A DNA stretch of 17,105 nucleotides from a virus (lineage: Duplodnaviria; Heunggongvirae; Uroviricota; Caudoviricetes): the IMG/VR virus record IMGVR_UViG_2855308460_000004; one strand, written 5' to 3'. The notes below the pieces were generated by a model. That model saw only the letters and a program-made list of their open reading frames with translations. It did not search any database and had not been told where the DNA came from. The position numbers and the translations under genes were made by a program. Position 1 is the first letter of the stretch. Every line of letters begins with the position of its first letter. Below, piece by piece: positions 1 through 9,297 of the stretch.

Positions 1-324
1 GTACTTAATACGCATGGCGGTTTGGCTACCATACCAGAGCATATTGATTACATTTCTGGTCACCAGATGATTCATGGAGTTGGATTGCATATTGATCTTC
101 CCTGCATTTCCAAAACATTTGCAGATTCAATGCCACCAAACTGGTATGAGGTATTTGGACACAGGAATCCTGGTGGATTAACAATGAACTCGGGCAACCG
201 TGTTTATTTTCTTGAAAATGGTATTGATGCCGGAGGAACATTACGATGGTTAACACTTGATGGAGGCGGTTTTCATGAGAAAGAATATGACAATGTTTCC
301 TTAATAAAAAAGGAAACTGCTTAA
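1..324 (+). CDS. C-terminal part of a calcineurin-like metallophosphoesterase (Pnkp/phage phosphatase-like), 5'-truncated by the window edge
   Basis: Frame is open from base 1 (VLNTHGGLATIPEH...). Motifs THGG, VFGHRN and LENGIDAGGTL resemble the late xHxG, GH and D/E-x-GG-x-L motifs of calcineurin-like phosphoesterases. Recognised by eye only. Confidence 0.6.
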   Translation, partial: VLNTHGGLATIPEHIDYISGHQMIHGVGLHIDLPCISKTFADSMPPNWYEVFGHRNPGGLTMNSGNRVYFLENGIDAGGTLRWLTLDGGGFHEKEYDNVSLIKKETA

Positions 325-330
325 TTAAAG

Positions 331-360
331 AAAAAGAGCTAAATAGATAGCTCTTTTTTT
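331..360 (+). terminator. Rho-independent terminator (bidirectional type)
   Basis: aaaaagagcta-aataga-tagctcttttttt: 11-bp stem with T-tract, just after the stop at 324. Confidence 0.85.
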
Positions 361-420
361 GTTAACGAAAGCCAAAAAACCAATCATAATATTGATAGTA
401 TGAAAAAGAAAGGAGATAAT

Positions 421-825
421 ATGGAAGCACCTAAAAAGAGGTTATCTGATTATAATGCAGAGGACCTGTTCTCACTTCCACCAAGAGAATTAACAGATTT
501 ACTATGGTCTGAATATGATTTCCAGATTCCGTTTAATGAAGAAACCATTTCTTTGCATGATATGGCGATGATTCAAAAAATGCTTGTGCAGACCGGTAAT
601 GCATATTCTTACTTAACATATCTGTCGTCTGTAGCAAAAATAAAAGTCCGACAGACGAAGCGTTCAAAAGAAAAAAAGAAAGAGGATGAAGAAGATGCAA
701 TTGATAGGAAAGAAGCAATCAATAACCTGGTGGAAGCGGTAAAAATGCAATATAGCGTGATTAGCCGCTTAATAACAGTAAAACAACAAATCAACGAAGA
801 ATTAAAAATGACGGATGGAAGATAA
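421..825 (+). CDS. Hypothetical helical/coiled-coil protein (134 aa)
   Basis: RBS aaggag at 410-415 favours ATG 421 over 400; C-terminus is charged and helical. Confidence 0.8.
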   Translation: MEAPKKRLSDYNAEDLFSLPPRELTDLLWSEYDFQIPFNEETISLHDMAMIQKMLVQTGNAYSYLTYLSSVAKIKVRQTKRSKEKKKEDEEDAIDRKEAINNLVEAVKMQYSVISRLITVKQQINEELKMTDGR

Positions 826-854
826 AGTATAAACGAGTTTAAAAGAGGATAAGA

Positions 855-1514
855 ATGGAATTAAATTTAAGTAAGAAAAAAGGTTTTTGGAATACATTTT
901 GGAATATTCATAAAGATTTTATTATAAAACTAGGAAATATATTTGTAGTGCTACTAATTGTTATATATGTGGTATATGGCTTATTCTGTTTGAGGTACTA
1001 TAGTCTAGGATATAGAAACGTGTTAACTATAATTGGATTTTACAGCCTTTGTGCTATTTTGGGAATTATGTTTTTGTATATAATATCTTTAATCATATTT
1101 TTCATTGTCAGTGAGATTATAAAAATCAAATTACTACAAACGGTGCCAATTACGAAAGAAGAATTCCAAAGTTTTGGATGCAAAAGCCAAGAAGATGTAA
1201 TTATCTGCTTGATACTAAATCGTTATTTCTATGTTGGAAAATATCAAATGTGCTTTGAATATCCAGATTATATGATTGATGATATACGCAGAACAACAGA
1301 ATCTTTTCCTTCAGTCTTAAATAAGGAAGAAATTGAGTTATTAGATGAAAAATATAAGGGACCGTTTAGCCTTGAATATGTACTAGAGCAGAGAAAATCA
1401 GGACTGGGTTTATCTTCTAATTGGGATAGATGTGACTATGAAATATTACGAAAATATATAACACCAGAATTGTTACCAATTTACGAAAAACAATACAATC
1501 AAATTAAAATCTAA
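855..1514 (+). CDS. Hypothetical membrane protein (two N-terminal hydrophobic segments, soluble C-terminal domain)
   Basis: 219-aa ORF with upstream gagga; hydrophobic stretches IFVVLLIVIYVVYGLFCL and IIGFYSLCAILGIMFLYIISLIIFFIV. Confidence 0.8.
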   Translation: MELNLSKKKGFWNTFWNIHKDFIIKLGNIFVVLLIVIYVVYGLFCLRYYSLGYRNVLTIIGFYSLCAILGIMFLYIISLIIFFIVSEIIKIKLLQTVPITKEEFQSFGCKSQEDVIICLILNRYFYVGKYQMCFEYPDYMIDDIRRTTESFPSVLNKEEIELLDEKYKGPFSLEYVLEQRKSGLGLSSNWDRCDYEILRKYITPELLPIYEKQYNQIKI

Positions 1515-1639
1515 TGTATATGGACTTGCAAGTGTAAATCTAATATAAGGAATATAAATTTTGGGTTATATTAGTAACACTGTTGATGTGCGTATGTTCT
1601 TATGGACTATATAGATTTATGTAAAGGAGGTGAATTAAA

Positions 1640-1903
1640 TTGAAAAAAATGACATTTACAGAATATGATGAGCTAGTAGATAGACTTCATGAAAATAAAT
1701 ATTCCTGTGATGACTGGTGGCCTACACCGGATGAATTAAAAGAAAAAATGGGTGGAGAGATCAACACCAATATTCCGTTTTTGTTATGGATTATGGAAAC
1801 AAATAATCAGCCAGAAACAGAGGAAGAAAAGGAATCGTATAAATACATAAATAAGTTATTGAGAGAAAATTTAAAACTTTATGATGCAAGTGAAGACAAA
1901 TAA
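1640..1903 (+). CDS. Hypothetical acidic protein (87 aa, TTG start)
   Basis: Strong RBS aaggaggtg upstream of TTG; stop runs directly into a terminator. Confidence 0.8.
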   Translation: MKKMTFTEYDELVDRLHENKYSCDDWWPTPDELKEKMGGEINTNIPFLLWIMETNNQPETEEEKESYKYINKLLRENLKLYDASEDK

Positions 1904-1925
1904 AAGCTGCCGAAGCAGCTTTTTT
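1902..1925. terminator. Bidirectional Rho-independent terminator between convergent genes
   Basis: aaaagctgc-cgaa-gcagcttttt; the two stop codons (1901-1903 and 1924-1926) lie in the flanking A/T tracts. Confidence 0.9.
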
Positions 1926-3375
1926 AATATTCATATGCATAGAATGAAAAACTATCTAAATGTCCATCTTCATTAAAATCGAAACTCATTGTAAAATCAT
2001 CCATGTCATAGGAATAGGAGGAAAATAAATCAGATGTATAAACAGAAGTTGTTCCTCCAAACACATCCATCACCTGATCAACTGTAGCACCATATGAAAT
2101 CCCATTTATGGAAGTAATTGAAGATGTATTACCATAGGTATCTGCATAAATTGCGATGGCTGTACAATCAAGCGCATCCTTTGCTGTATCGGAATCATTG
2201 CGAACTAAAACAGTAATATACTCATCCTCATTTGAACTTTTTAGTTCCATCGTACCCTGTGAACCAGGTTCAATAGCTGTATCCTGTGACCTAACAGCAT
2301 TGAGGTTTAAAGTTGATGCCGGACCAGGTAGTGAAAGTGTATTTCCGTTTACTTTTACTGTAATATCGGATAATGATAATGTGCTTTCAGGACGTGATTC
2401 ATCAAGAATCATAGGCTCAGTCTGCTCCAGGTCAGATGGAATAGACAATACATCATCAACTGATGCAGATGATTCTGGCTCATCCACATTACTGCTTTTT
2501 GCTTCTTTTGGAATTTCAATTTTTAAATCCTCATTCATAGTCTTAAATTTGCCAGAAATATAAAAATCTTTTACTGTAGTCTTAACGGTACTATCAGATA
2601 TATCAAGAACTTTTGATAAATCAACATAGAAACCAGTTAATCCAAGTCCCTTGTCTGCAGAAATATAAACCGATAAATTTTCTAGGGAAGAATTCAAACC
2701 AGTTAACTCGTTTTGCTGATCTAATGTACTGGAGAGCATATCCTCGAATTGGCTAAAACTAGAACTATCTACCTCAAAAACATAAGATTTTGTCTCCTTA
2801 TCCATATAGATGGATTTAATGGATTCTGAATCAAATTGAATGATATTAGAGTCTTTCTTTTCCTTTGATTTACCCTCTGGTTTGACAATGTTCTTTTCCC
2901 AGCTTGAATCCTCTCCATTTACAGAGGTCTTAGAGTAAGTAACTTCGTCCTGATCTTCTTTAATGGTATATAGTTCTGACTGCAGCGGAACCTCCATTCC
3001 TAAAATTGAAATAGAACCATCCATTTGTTGATAAATAATATCTTGCGTTGCATCATACTGTAGTTCATCTGATAAATCCATTTTCAGATTCATTTTAACG
3101 TTACCAGAATCTTCAGAAGAAAAATCCATATCGCATAGAACATCAATATCTGCGGTAAGACTTTTCACTTCAACCTTTTTGTATTTCTTATTGATTGCTG
3201 CTATGACCTGGTTCGCTTTCTTATCTTCTAATTTGGTTAATGATTCCACACTGTCATAAACGTCTCCGGTTCCAATCAGATTCTTATCATATGCAATTCC
3301 GAGAGAACATCCAGCTAAAAGACTGGCAGATAATAGGCCAATGCCTAAGATTGATAAACACTTTTTACTTTTCAT
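1924..3375 (-). CDS. Two-domain lipoprotein of unknown function
   Basis: RBS aggag before ATG 3375 (MKSKK...); signal peptide ending in lipobox LLAG-C; beta-rich N-domain, acidic Ser/Pro/Glu linker (DEPESSASVDD...), then a second domain ending GISYGATVDQVMDVFG...FDFNEDGHL. Confidence 0.8.
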   Translation of the reverse strand: MKSKKCLSILGIGLLSASLLAGCSLGIAYDKNLIGTGDVYDSVESLTKLEDKKANQVIAAINKKYKKVEVKSLTADIDVLCDMDFSSEDSGNVKMNLKMDLSDELQYDATQDIIYQQMDGSISILGMEVPLQSELYTIKEDQDEVTYSKTSVNGEDSSWEKNIVKPEGKSKEKKDSNIIQFDSESIKSIYMDKETKSYVFEVDSSSFSQFEDMLSSTLDQQNELTGLNSSLENLSVYISADKGLGLTGFYVDLSKVLDISDSTVKTTVKDFYISGKFKTMNEDLKIEIPKEAKSSNVDEPESSASVDDVLSIPSDLEQTEPMILDESRPESTLSLSDITVKVNGNTLSLPGPASTLNLNAVRSQDTAIEPGSQGTMELKSSNEDEYITVLVRNDSDTAKDALDCTAIAIYADTYGNTSSITSINGISYGATVDQVMDVFGGTTSVYTSDLFSSYSYDMDDFTMSFDFNEDGHLDSFSFYAYEY

Positions 3376-3521
3376 ATAAAACTCCTTTATGATTTTATTT
3401 TTCAATTTTAATATGCCAGTTATGTAAATGGTTTTTATTAAAAGTGCGAAGATATTTGTGTTTTTAGGATAACAAATGAAAATTTTAAATCATAATATTA
3501 GTAAATAAAGGAGATTGGAAT

Positions 3522-5888
3522 ATGAAAAAATATTTATTTATAGCAGAAAAACCCTCTTTAATGAGGGAAGTTGAAAAAACATATAAAAAGAACAAAAAAG
3601 AAATAGATTCGATTGTCGGAGAAATTGAGTTTATTTCATTATCAGGCCATGTATGTAGGTTGTTAAAACCGGATGAATATAGTGAATGGAATACGAAATG
3701 GGCTGATATTGACCTACCAATGATTCCAAAGGTTTTTAAAATTGGAGCAATGGATGACAAAAAGAAAATGGTTAAGGATATAAAAGACAAGTTGAAATCT
3801 ACAAAATATGATGGGATTATTGTCGGAACAGACTCTGATGTTGAGGGTAACGGAATATACTACCTATTGGAAAAACATTTGTCACTATCAAAAATGCAAG
3901 CCTTAAGATTTTATGAAAATGATATGACAGAGAAGGCCTTATTAGAATCATTGAAGACCCTTACAGATTATCATACAAATCCAAGAGATGTACATATGAC
4001 AGAAGCTTTCAAAATCAGATCGCATATGGATTGGCTAATCGGAATGAACTTTTCAGTTGGTTTTTCTGTAAAATCAGGATTTACGATGAGGGTGGGACGT
4101 GTGAAAGCACCTACCTTGAAACTAGTGTATGATAACTCTAAAGATATTGATGAATTTATCCCACATACAGACTATGAACTCCAAGCTTCCTATAAAGAAG
4201 GGTTTGATGGAACCTATATTAATGCTGATGGAAATGTCCGGTTTAAGACAGAAGAAGATGCTGCGGATTTTGGAAAAAAGTTATCAAGAAAAGGAACGAT
4301 TAAATCCATTACAAAAAAGATTGTAAAAACAAATGCACCACAATTATATAAGCTTTCGGATTTACAAGTCGATGCAGGAAAACAATTTGGCTATGATCCA
4401 TCTAAAACATTGAATCTGGTTCAATCTCTATATGAAAGGCACAAAGTCGTGTCATATCCAAGAACAGATGGTAGATATATATCAGAGGAAAAAGCAAAGG
4501 AACTGCCATTGCTATTGAAAGCTGTAGCCGCAATCCCAGAATTAAAAGGCGTCATAGCAGAAGTAAAGCCATCTGATATAGACCGGGTAAAAAAGAATAA
4601 AAAGGTAGTGAATGATGCAGAAGTAAAAAAAGCATCTCATGATGCATTGATGCCAACTGGAAAAATTCCGGACATATCAAAGTTATCAAAAGATGAACTG
4701 AATGTTATGACATTAATATATAAGCGTCTGCTTGCATTATTCCTTCCATCTTTAGAAGAGGAAAAAACAGTACTATTAGTAGATATTGATGGATATGACT
4801 TTAAAACAAATGGAAAAATTATCAGAAAAAAAGGTTGGACCTCCATTTATGACAAAAAAACAACTGACACGGAATTACCGGATATGAACGAAGGAGATAT
4901 TATTAATATAAAAGAATACAAAACTCCTGAAAAGACAACAACTCCTCCAGTAAGATTAACCCAAGCCACATTGATTGCTGCAATGGAGAACATTGCAAAA
5001 TACATTGAAGATAAAAAACTACAGAATGTGATGAAAGATGTAAAGGGAATTGGCATGCCATCTTCAAGGGCTAAAATAATAGATGATTTGATAAAAAGCG
5101 GCTATATGGAAGAAAGAGGAAAAGCCAAAGGCCTTTATATAACAGAAACTGGAAAGAAATACATAGAGAACATTCAAGATTTTTCTATATGTAAACCAGA
5201 ACTTACTGCAGAATGGGAAACCAGAATGCAACTTATAAAAGAAGGTTCTGAATCTTATGAAGATGTTAATAAAGAAATGATTGAGTATGTCAAAGAAATG
5301 TGCCATGAGATAGAGAAGGCAGATATTAAAAAGTCAGGCTGGGCTGGAAGCGGAGCAACAGGTCTTAGTTGCCCATTATGCGGAAATGCATTACTAAAAG
5401 GAAAATTCGGATGGTATTGTTCAGAAAAGAAAAATGGGACGTGTTCATTTACAATTCCTCTGGAAATTGCCTCAAAGAAATTAACTGATACAAATGTGAA
5501 AAGTCTACTTGAAAAAGGAATAACGAAAGAAATATCTGGCTTTAAATCAAAAGTCGGAAAAACGTTTGGAGCAAAGTTAAAATTAAATGAAGGAAAAATT
5601 GAATTTGAATTTTCTAAAGTAGAACCAAAGGAAACAAAATTCACATATCAATGTCCATGTTGTGGCGGTAATATCATTGCCGATAAATGGGCATGGAAAT
5701 GTGAGAAAAATTGTGGATTCAGTTTTAACTATAAAATTGCAGAAAAAGAAATGAAGGAAAATGACCTAAAGGATTTAATTAATAATAAAAGGACAAAAAA
5801 ACTAACAGGGTTTGTTTCGAAAGCAGGTAAGAAGTTTTCAGCTTCTCTTGTATTAAAGGAAGATGGTAAAACGAAATTTGAGTTTTAA
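3522..5888 (+). CDS. topB: DNA topoisomerase III (type IA) with two C-terminal Zn-ribbon/C-terminal repeat modules
   Basis: IAEKPS, GH, TDSDVEG (TOPRIM DxD), GRVKAPT, LYE...SYPRTD (catalytic Tyr), HDALMPT, GMPSSR; C-terminal repeats CPLC...GFKSKVGKTF...FEF and CPCC...GFVSKAGKKF...FEF. Confidence 0.95.
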   Translation: MKKYLFIAEKPSLMREVEKTYKKNKKEIDSIVGEIEFISLSGHVCRLLKPDEYSEWNTKWADIDLPMIPKVFKIGAMDDKKKMVKDIKDKLKSTKYDGIIVGTDSDVEGNGIYYLLEKHLSLSKMQALRFYENDMTEKALLESLKTLTDYHTNPRDVHMTEAFKIRSHMDWLIGMNFSVGFSVKSGFTMRVGRVKAPTLKLVYDNSKDIDEFIPHTDYELQASYKEGFDGTYINADGNVRFKTEEDAADFGKKLSRKGTIKSITKKIVKTNAPQLYKLSDLQVDAGKQFGYDPSKTLNLVQSLYERHKVVSYPRTDGRYISEEKAKELPLLLKAVAAIPELKGVIAEVKPSDIDRVKKNKKVVNDAEVKKASHDALMPTGKIPDISKLSKDELNVMTLIYKRLLALFLPSLEEEKTVLLVDIDGYDFKTNGKIIRKKGWTSIYDKKTTDTELPDMNEGDIINIKEYKTPEKTTTPPVRLTQATLIAAMENIAKYIEDKKLQNVMKDVKGIGMPSSRAKIIDDLIKSGYMEERGKAKGLYITETGKKYIENIQDFSICKPELTAEWETRMQLIKEGSESYEDVNKEMIEYVKEMCHEIEKADIKKSGWAGSGATGLSCPLCGNALLKGKFGWYCSEKKNGTCSFTIPLEIASKKLTDTNVKSLLEKGITKEISGFKSKVGKTFGAKLKLNEGKIEFEFSKVEPKETKFTYQCPCCGGNIIADKWAWKCEKNCGFSFNYKIAEKEMKENDLKDLINNKRTKKLTGFVSKAGKKFSASLVLKEDGKTKFEF

Positions 5889-5998
5889 AGGAGCACAAAG
5901 TATTTTTTATTAACTTTGCTAAACTTAAATAAAAGATGGTATTTATGGTAGTTATCCATACACAGAGATGAAATCAAATTATGAAGGAGAATAAAAAA

Positions 5999-6325
5999 AT
6001 GAAATATAAGTATATGTCGGATATTGGAAAAATTACAGAGAAAGAAATTTGGGCATGCGCGTATAAGGAAGATCCTGAAAATGGAAGTATGAGATTAAAA
6101 TGTTTACCAACAAAGGGAATATTATTAAGAAAAAATGGTTATAGTGTAAAGTTTGTTCCTCTTAAAACAGATGGCACTTTACGAAAAAGCGGTGATGTGT
6201 GTGCTGGTTCAAGAAAATATGCAGATACATATGAAGAATGCAAAGAATTATATAACGAATTGATCCAAGATTATATTGATCAATTGGAACACCGCATCGA
6301 TGAGGCTAAAAAGGAATTCATCTAA
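5999..6325 (+). CDS. Hypothetical protein (phage/plasmid-type)
   Basis: RBS aaggag at 5984-5989 favours ATG 5999 over 5981; C-terminal helical segment. Confidence 0.75.
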   Translation: MKYKYMSDIGKITEKEIWACAYKEDPENGSMRLKCLPTKGILLRKNGYSVKFVPLKTDGTLRKSGDVCAGSRKYADTYEECKELYNELIQDYIDQLEHRIDEAKKEFI

Positions 6326-6327
6326 AA

Positions 6328-6386
6328 TGCTATAATATTTCTTATAACAGACAAGATTGATTTCATTTTGTAAAATGTGATATAAT
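6328..6386 (+). promoter_or_regulatory. Tandem sigmaA-type extended -10 promoters upstream of the Uma2 gene
   Basis: TGcTATAAT at 6328-6336 and TGaTATAAT at 6378-6386; the second has TTGATT at 6357-6362 with an 18-bp spacer. Confidence 0.65.
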
Positions 6387-6435
6387 AGTAAAGAGGTTGA
6401 TAGGAAGGCAAGAATATGTAACAGGAGGAAATCTT

Positions 6436-6981
6436 ATGGCACTGGCAGAACTGAAAGGTCATACAATAGAAGATATCTACGCATTACCAGATGGGCAACG
6501 AGCAGAGTTGATCGATGGTGAAATGTACATGATGACTCCACCAAGCAGAAAACATCAATATATTTCCATGTCATTGTCCCATGTAATTAAGGATTATATC
6601 ATATCACAAAATGGAACTTGTGATGTATATGCAGCACCATTTGCTGTATTTTTAAACAAAGATGATAAAACCTATGTGGAGCCAGATATATCTGTGATTT
6701 GCGATAAGGATAAACTGACAGAAGAAGGTTGCTCTGGTGCACCTGATTGGATTATAGAAATTGTATCTCCTGGAAGTCGGCAGATGGATTATATGAAAAA
6801 ACTTTTTAAATATCGCTCTGCTAACGTAAGGGAATATTGGATAGTGGATATTGAAAAAAATCGAATAACAGTATATGATTTTCAGAATGCGGTTACTGAA
6901 GAATATAATTTAAATGAGATTGTTCCAGTTAGTATATTTAAAGACTTAAGCATTGATTTTAAGGAAATCATGAATCGATAA
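6436..6981 (+). CDS. Uma2-family (PD-(D/E)xK-like, putative restriction endonuclease family) protein
   Basis: RBS aggagg before ATG 6436; motifs ELIDG, PPSRKH, VEPDISV, GAPDWIIEIVSP, K..KY, EYWIVD. Confidence 0.9.
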   Translation: MALAELKGHTIEDIYALPDGQRAELIDGEMYMMTPPSRKHQYISMSLSHVIKDYIISQNGTCDVYAAPFAVFLNKDDKTYVEPDISVICDKDKLTEEGCSGAPDWIIEIVSPGSRQMDYMKKLFKYRSANVREYWIVDIEKNRITVYDFQNAVTEEYNLNEIVPVSIFKDLSIDFKEIMNR

Positions 6982-7037
6982 AAGTATGAGTTCATGTATT
7001 GATATTTTCAAATTTAGGATAGATGTATATATGAAAT

Positions 7038-7062
7038 AAAAGCAGGATGTTCCTGCTTTTTT
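7038..7062. terminator. Bidirectional Rho-independent terminator
   Basis: aaaagcagga-tgt-tcctgctttttt between the convergent Uma2 and PcfJ genes. Confidence 0.85.
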
Positions 7063-7082
7063 ATATGATTAAGAGTTTTGAT

Positions 7083-8570
7083 TTACTCACTGTGTTCACG
7101 GATTATTTTTTTATTGATTAAATGATTCTGCCATTCAGCTATAAAATCCAAGGTTGGTTTATCTGTAATTATTCGATTTGCAGATAGATACGCCTGTGTA
7201 ATACAGGAACCTCTCATTTCTAAGGTGACATATGAGCTATCAATGTGTTTTTTATCCCGTATAAAGAAAATTTTAGAATGTCCTTCTGAGAAGGATTTTA
7301 CATAGGACCCAACACAATTACGATTATTCTTGCCTTCATTTATTAACTCCTGCGGAGTCTTGGGTACGAGAACTTTATATTTCTTATTCTCATATTCATA
7401 GTTTTTTAATTCTTTTGCTTTTTGTATGAAATTATCCTCGATATTCTTATCAACAATTAAGTTGAAGTTTCTGGCAGCAATATCATGCTCCCGTTTTAGG
7501 GAATTAGAGTTAACATCCGGAAGTGTATTCATAGATATGCACATATTCAAATAATCCCTTAATATAATGACACAATCATATGGATAAATTGCTTGATACA
7601 TGTCACATCGACCAATATAAGAAATCAGTTTGTCAAATGTGTAAAGAGGATTACCATGGAACTTCAAAGTCAAGATTTGTTTGAAGATTTTGATCTCACT
7701 CTTTCTTAGATTAAGCTCTAAAAAGCGTTCAAAGGACTCTTTAGATGGTCTGTATTTTGAATATAAGATTCTAGCATCATTCATTTCTGATAAGGATAGT
7801 TTTGGATTCATGATCCATTCTGGAGCAGGCAATATTTCCTTTAAATTAGTTCCCTGTTTAAAATTACGATTAAAAGTATACTCTAAAGAAGATGATTTGC
7901 TATATAATAATTCATAAATAATTTCTGAATACTTTGTTTTGATTAAAAGCTCAATTTGCGGGTATCGGATATACAGCATACAATAAGAGAGTGAATAACT
8001 AAGAGATTTTCTTACCTTTATATAAAAATCATATCCAGAATGAGGATATACTGATTTGAACTCCTTAATCAAGGATTCATCTGAAGGCCCTATTCTTTTT
8101 ATTTCTAAACCTAAACTATATGGACCGTTGCCTCTTTTTACAAAATCCGAAAAAAGACCCTCTTTTTGATTAAGAGTTAAGACTTCAATATTTACATCGT
8201 TTGATGAAAATATATATTCACATGTTATTTTGAAAAATGTTGGCATAACAAGACGATTATCCTTGGAAAAAAAGAATTCAGTGCAATACATTTGTCCAGC
8301 CAGACGTGTTTTTATTGACGTACCACATTTTGCACAGATGGCAGGTTCATATAAGTAATTTCTATTATTTAATTTCTCGATTTTTTTACACGTTGGACAT
8401 ATCCCATGAGTTATATTAAGTATCGCACCTTTTGATTCTTTTGCCAGACACCGTTCAATGAATTCCTCCTCGGAATGTGGAACCAATGCAAATAATCGCT
8501 CTTTTATAAAATTAGGAATATCTGAATAAGTATCAATATGTTCCCAAATTTTCTTTTCTAATGTTTCCAT
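7083..8570 (-). CDS. PcfJ-domain protein with N-terminal Cys-pair (Zn-finger-like) region
   Basis: RBS aggag; C-terminal pattern EHD...PKTPQELINEG..RNCVGSY...IFFIR...TLEM...ITQ typical of PcfJ-like domains; CPTC and CAKC near the N-terminus. Confidence 0.8.
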   Translation of the reverse strand: METLEKKIWEHIDTYSDIPNFIKERLFALVPHSEEEFIERCLAKESKGAILNITHGICPTCKKIEKLNNRNYLYEPAICAKCGTSIKTRLAGQMYCTEFFFSKDNRLVMPTFFKITCEYIFSSNDVNIEVLTLNQKEGLFSDFVKRGNGPYSLGLEIKRIGPSDESLIKEFKSVYPHSGYDFYIKVRKSLSYSLSYCMLYIRYPQIELLIKTKYSEIIYELLYSKSSSLEYTFNRNFKQGTNLKEILPAPEWIMNPKLSLSEMNDARILYSKYRPSKESFERFLELNLRKSEIKIFKQILTLKFHGNPLYTFDKLISYIGRCDMYQAIYPYDCVIILRDYLNMCISMNTLPDVNSNSLKREHDIAARNFNLIVDKNIEDNFIQKAKELKNYEYENKKYKVLVPKTPQELINEGKNNRNCVGSYVKSFSEGHSKIFFIRDKKHIDSSYVTLEMRGSCITQAYLSANRIITDKPTLDFIAEWQNHLINKKIIREHSE

Positions 8571-8729
8571 ATATACACTCCTATATTCAATTAATTAAAT
8601 CAAAAATAATATGTTTGTTTTTAAATACAGATAAAATAAGCATTATTGATTTATAGAAATGAATTAAACTGCATATTATTTTTAATTGAAGTCAATAAAG
8701 GAGAGCGTTGTATGAAATGAGAATTAGTA

Positions 8730-9104
8730 ATGAAGAATATATTTGCACTGAATAAAATAATTTTAATTATCTTGTTATGTTCTATGATTTCTGGTTGTAG
8801 CAAAAACCATGAAAATGAGCTAAGGGAACAGCCTCATTTATACTGGAAGGATATAGATGTAGAAGTCATAGATATTGACAAAAGACATTGGTTTGCATCA
8901 ACTCACTGGTATCAGGTTGATTTAGAAGTATATAGTAGTGAGTATGATTTAACAAAAACATTTGAAATTCAGGGTTCCGGAGCTTTTGGTTGCCCAAAGG
9001 AATTTGATTATGAGAAGGGAGATATTGTAAAAGCAGAATTATATAGTTGGAAGATGGACAGCACTGAAGAAATTGTAAAAAGAGAAATTCACAAACTTAA
9101 ATAG
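8730..9104 (+). CDS. Hypothetical lipoprotein
   Basis: Hydrophobic signal IILIILLCSMISG-C (lipobox-like); beta-rich mature part. Start site is ambiguous (see the 8712 minigene finding). Confidence 0.75.
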   Translation: MKNIFALNKIILIILLCSMISGCSKNHENELREQPHLYWKDIDVEVIDIDKRHWFASTHWYQVDLEVYSSEYDLTKTFEIQGSGAFGCPKEFDYEKGDIVKAELYSWKMDSTEEIVKREIHKLK

Positions 9105-9114
9105 GAGGTTTGAA

Positions 9115-9297
9115 ATGAAAGAGCGGATAACGTGTAGAAATAACATGTATTTCGGTGAAGTATATGGTATATGGGAAATCAAATTTTACGGAATTCATTT
9201 AGGATCATATACTGGATGGAAAAGAGTAACATCACGGTGCTTTACATATCCAGGTGCTAAGTTGGAACTAATACGATGGAAAGGAAAACAGCAATGA
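9115..9297 (+). CDS. Small hypothetical protein (60 aa)
   Basis: RBS aggagg at 9103-9108 overlapping the previous stop; operon-like spacing. Confidence 0.75.
   Translation: MKERITCRNNMYFGEVYGIWEIKFYGIHLGSYTGWKRVTSRCFTYPGAKLELIRWKGKQQ

Noticed and set aside
1515-1639. Short peptides (e.g. MCVCSYGLYRFM) and a repeated tatggact in this intergenic gap
   Set aside because: No RBS, no recognisable signalling-peptide motif, and only two 8-bp copies; indistinguishable from chance.
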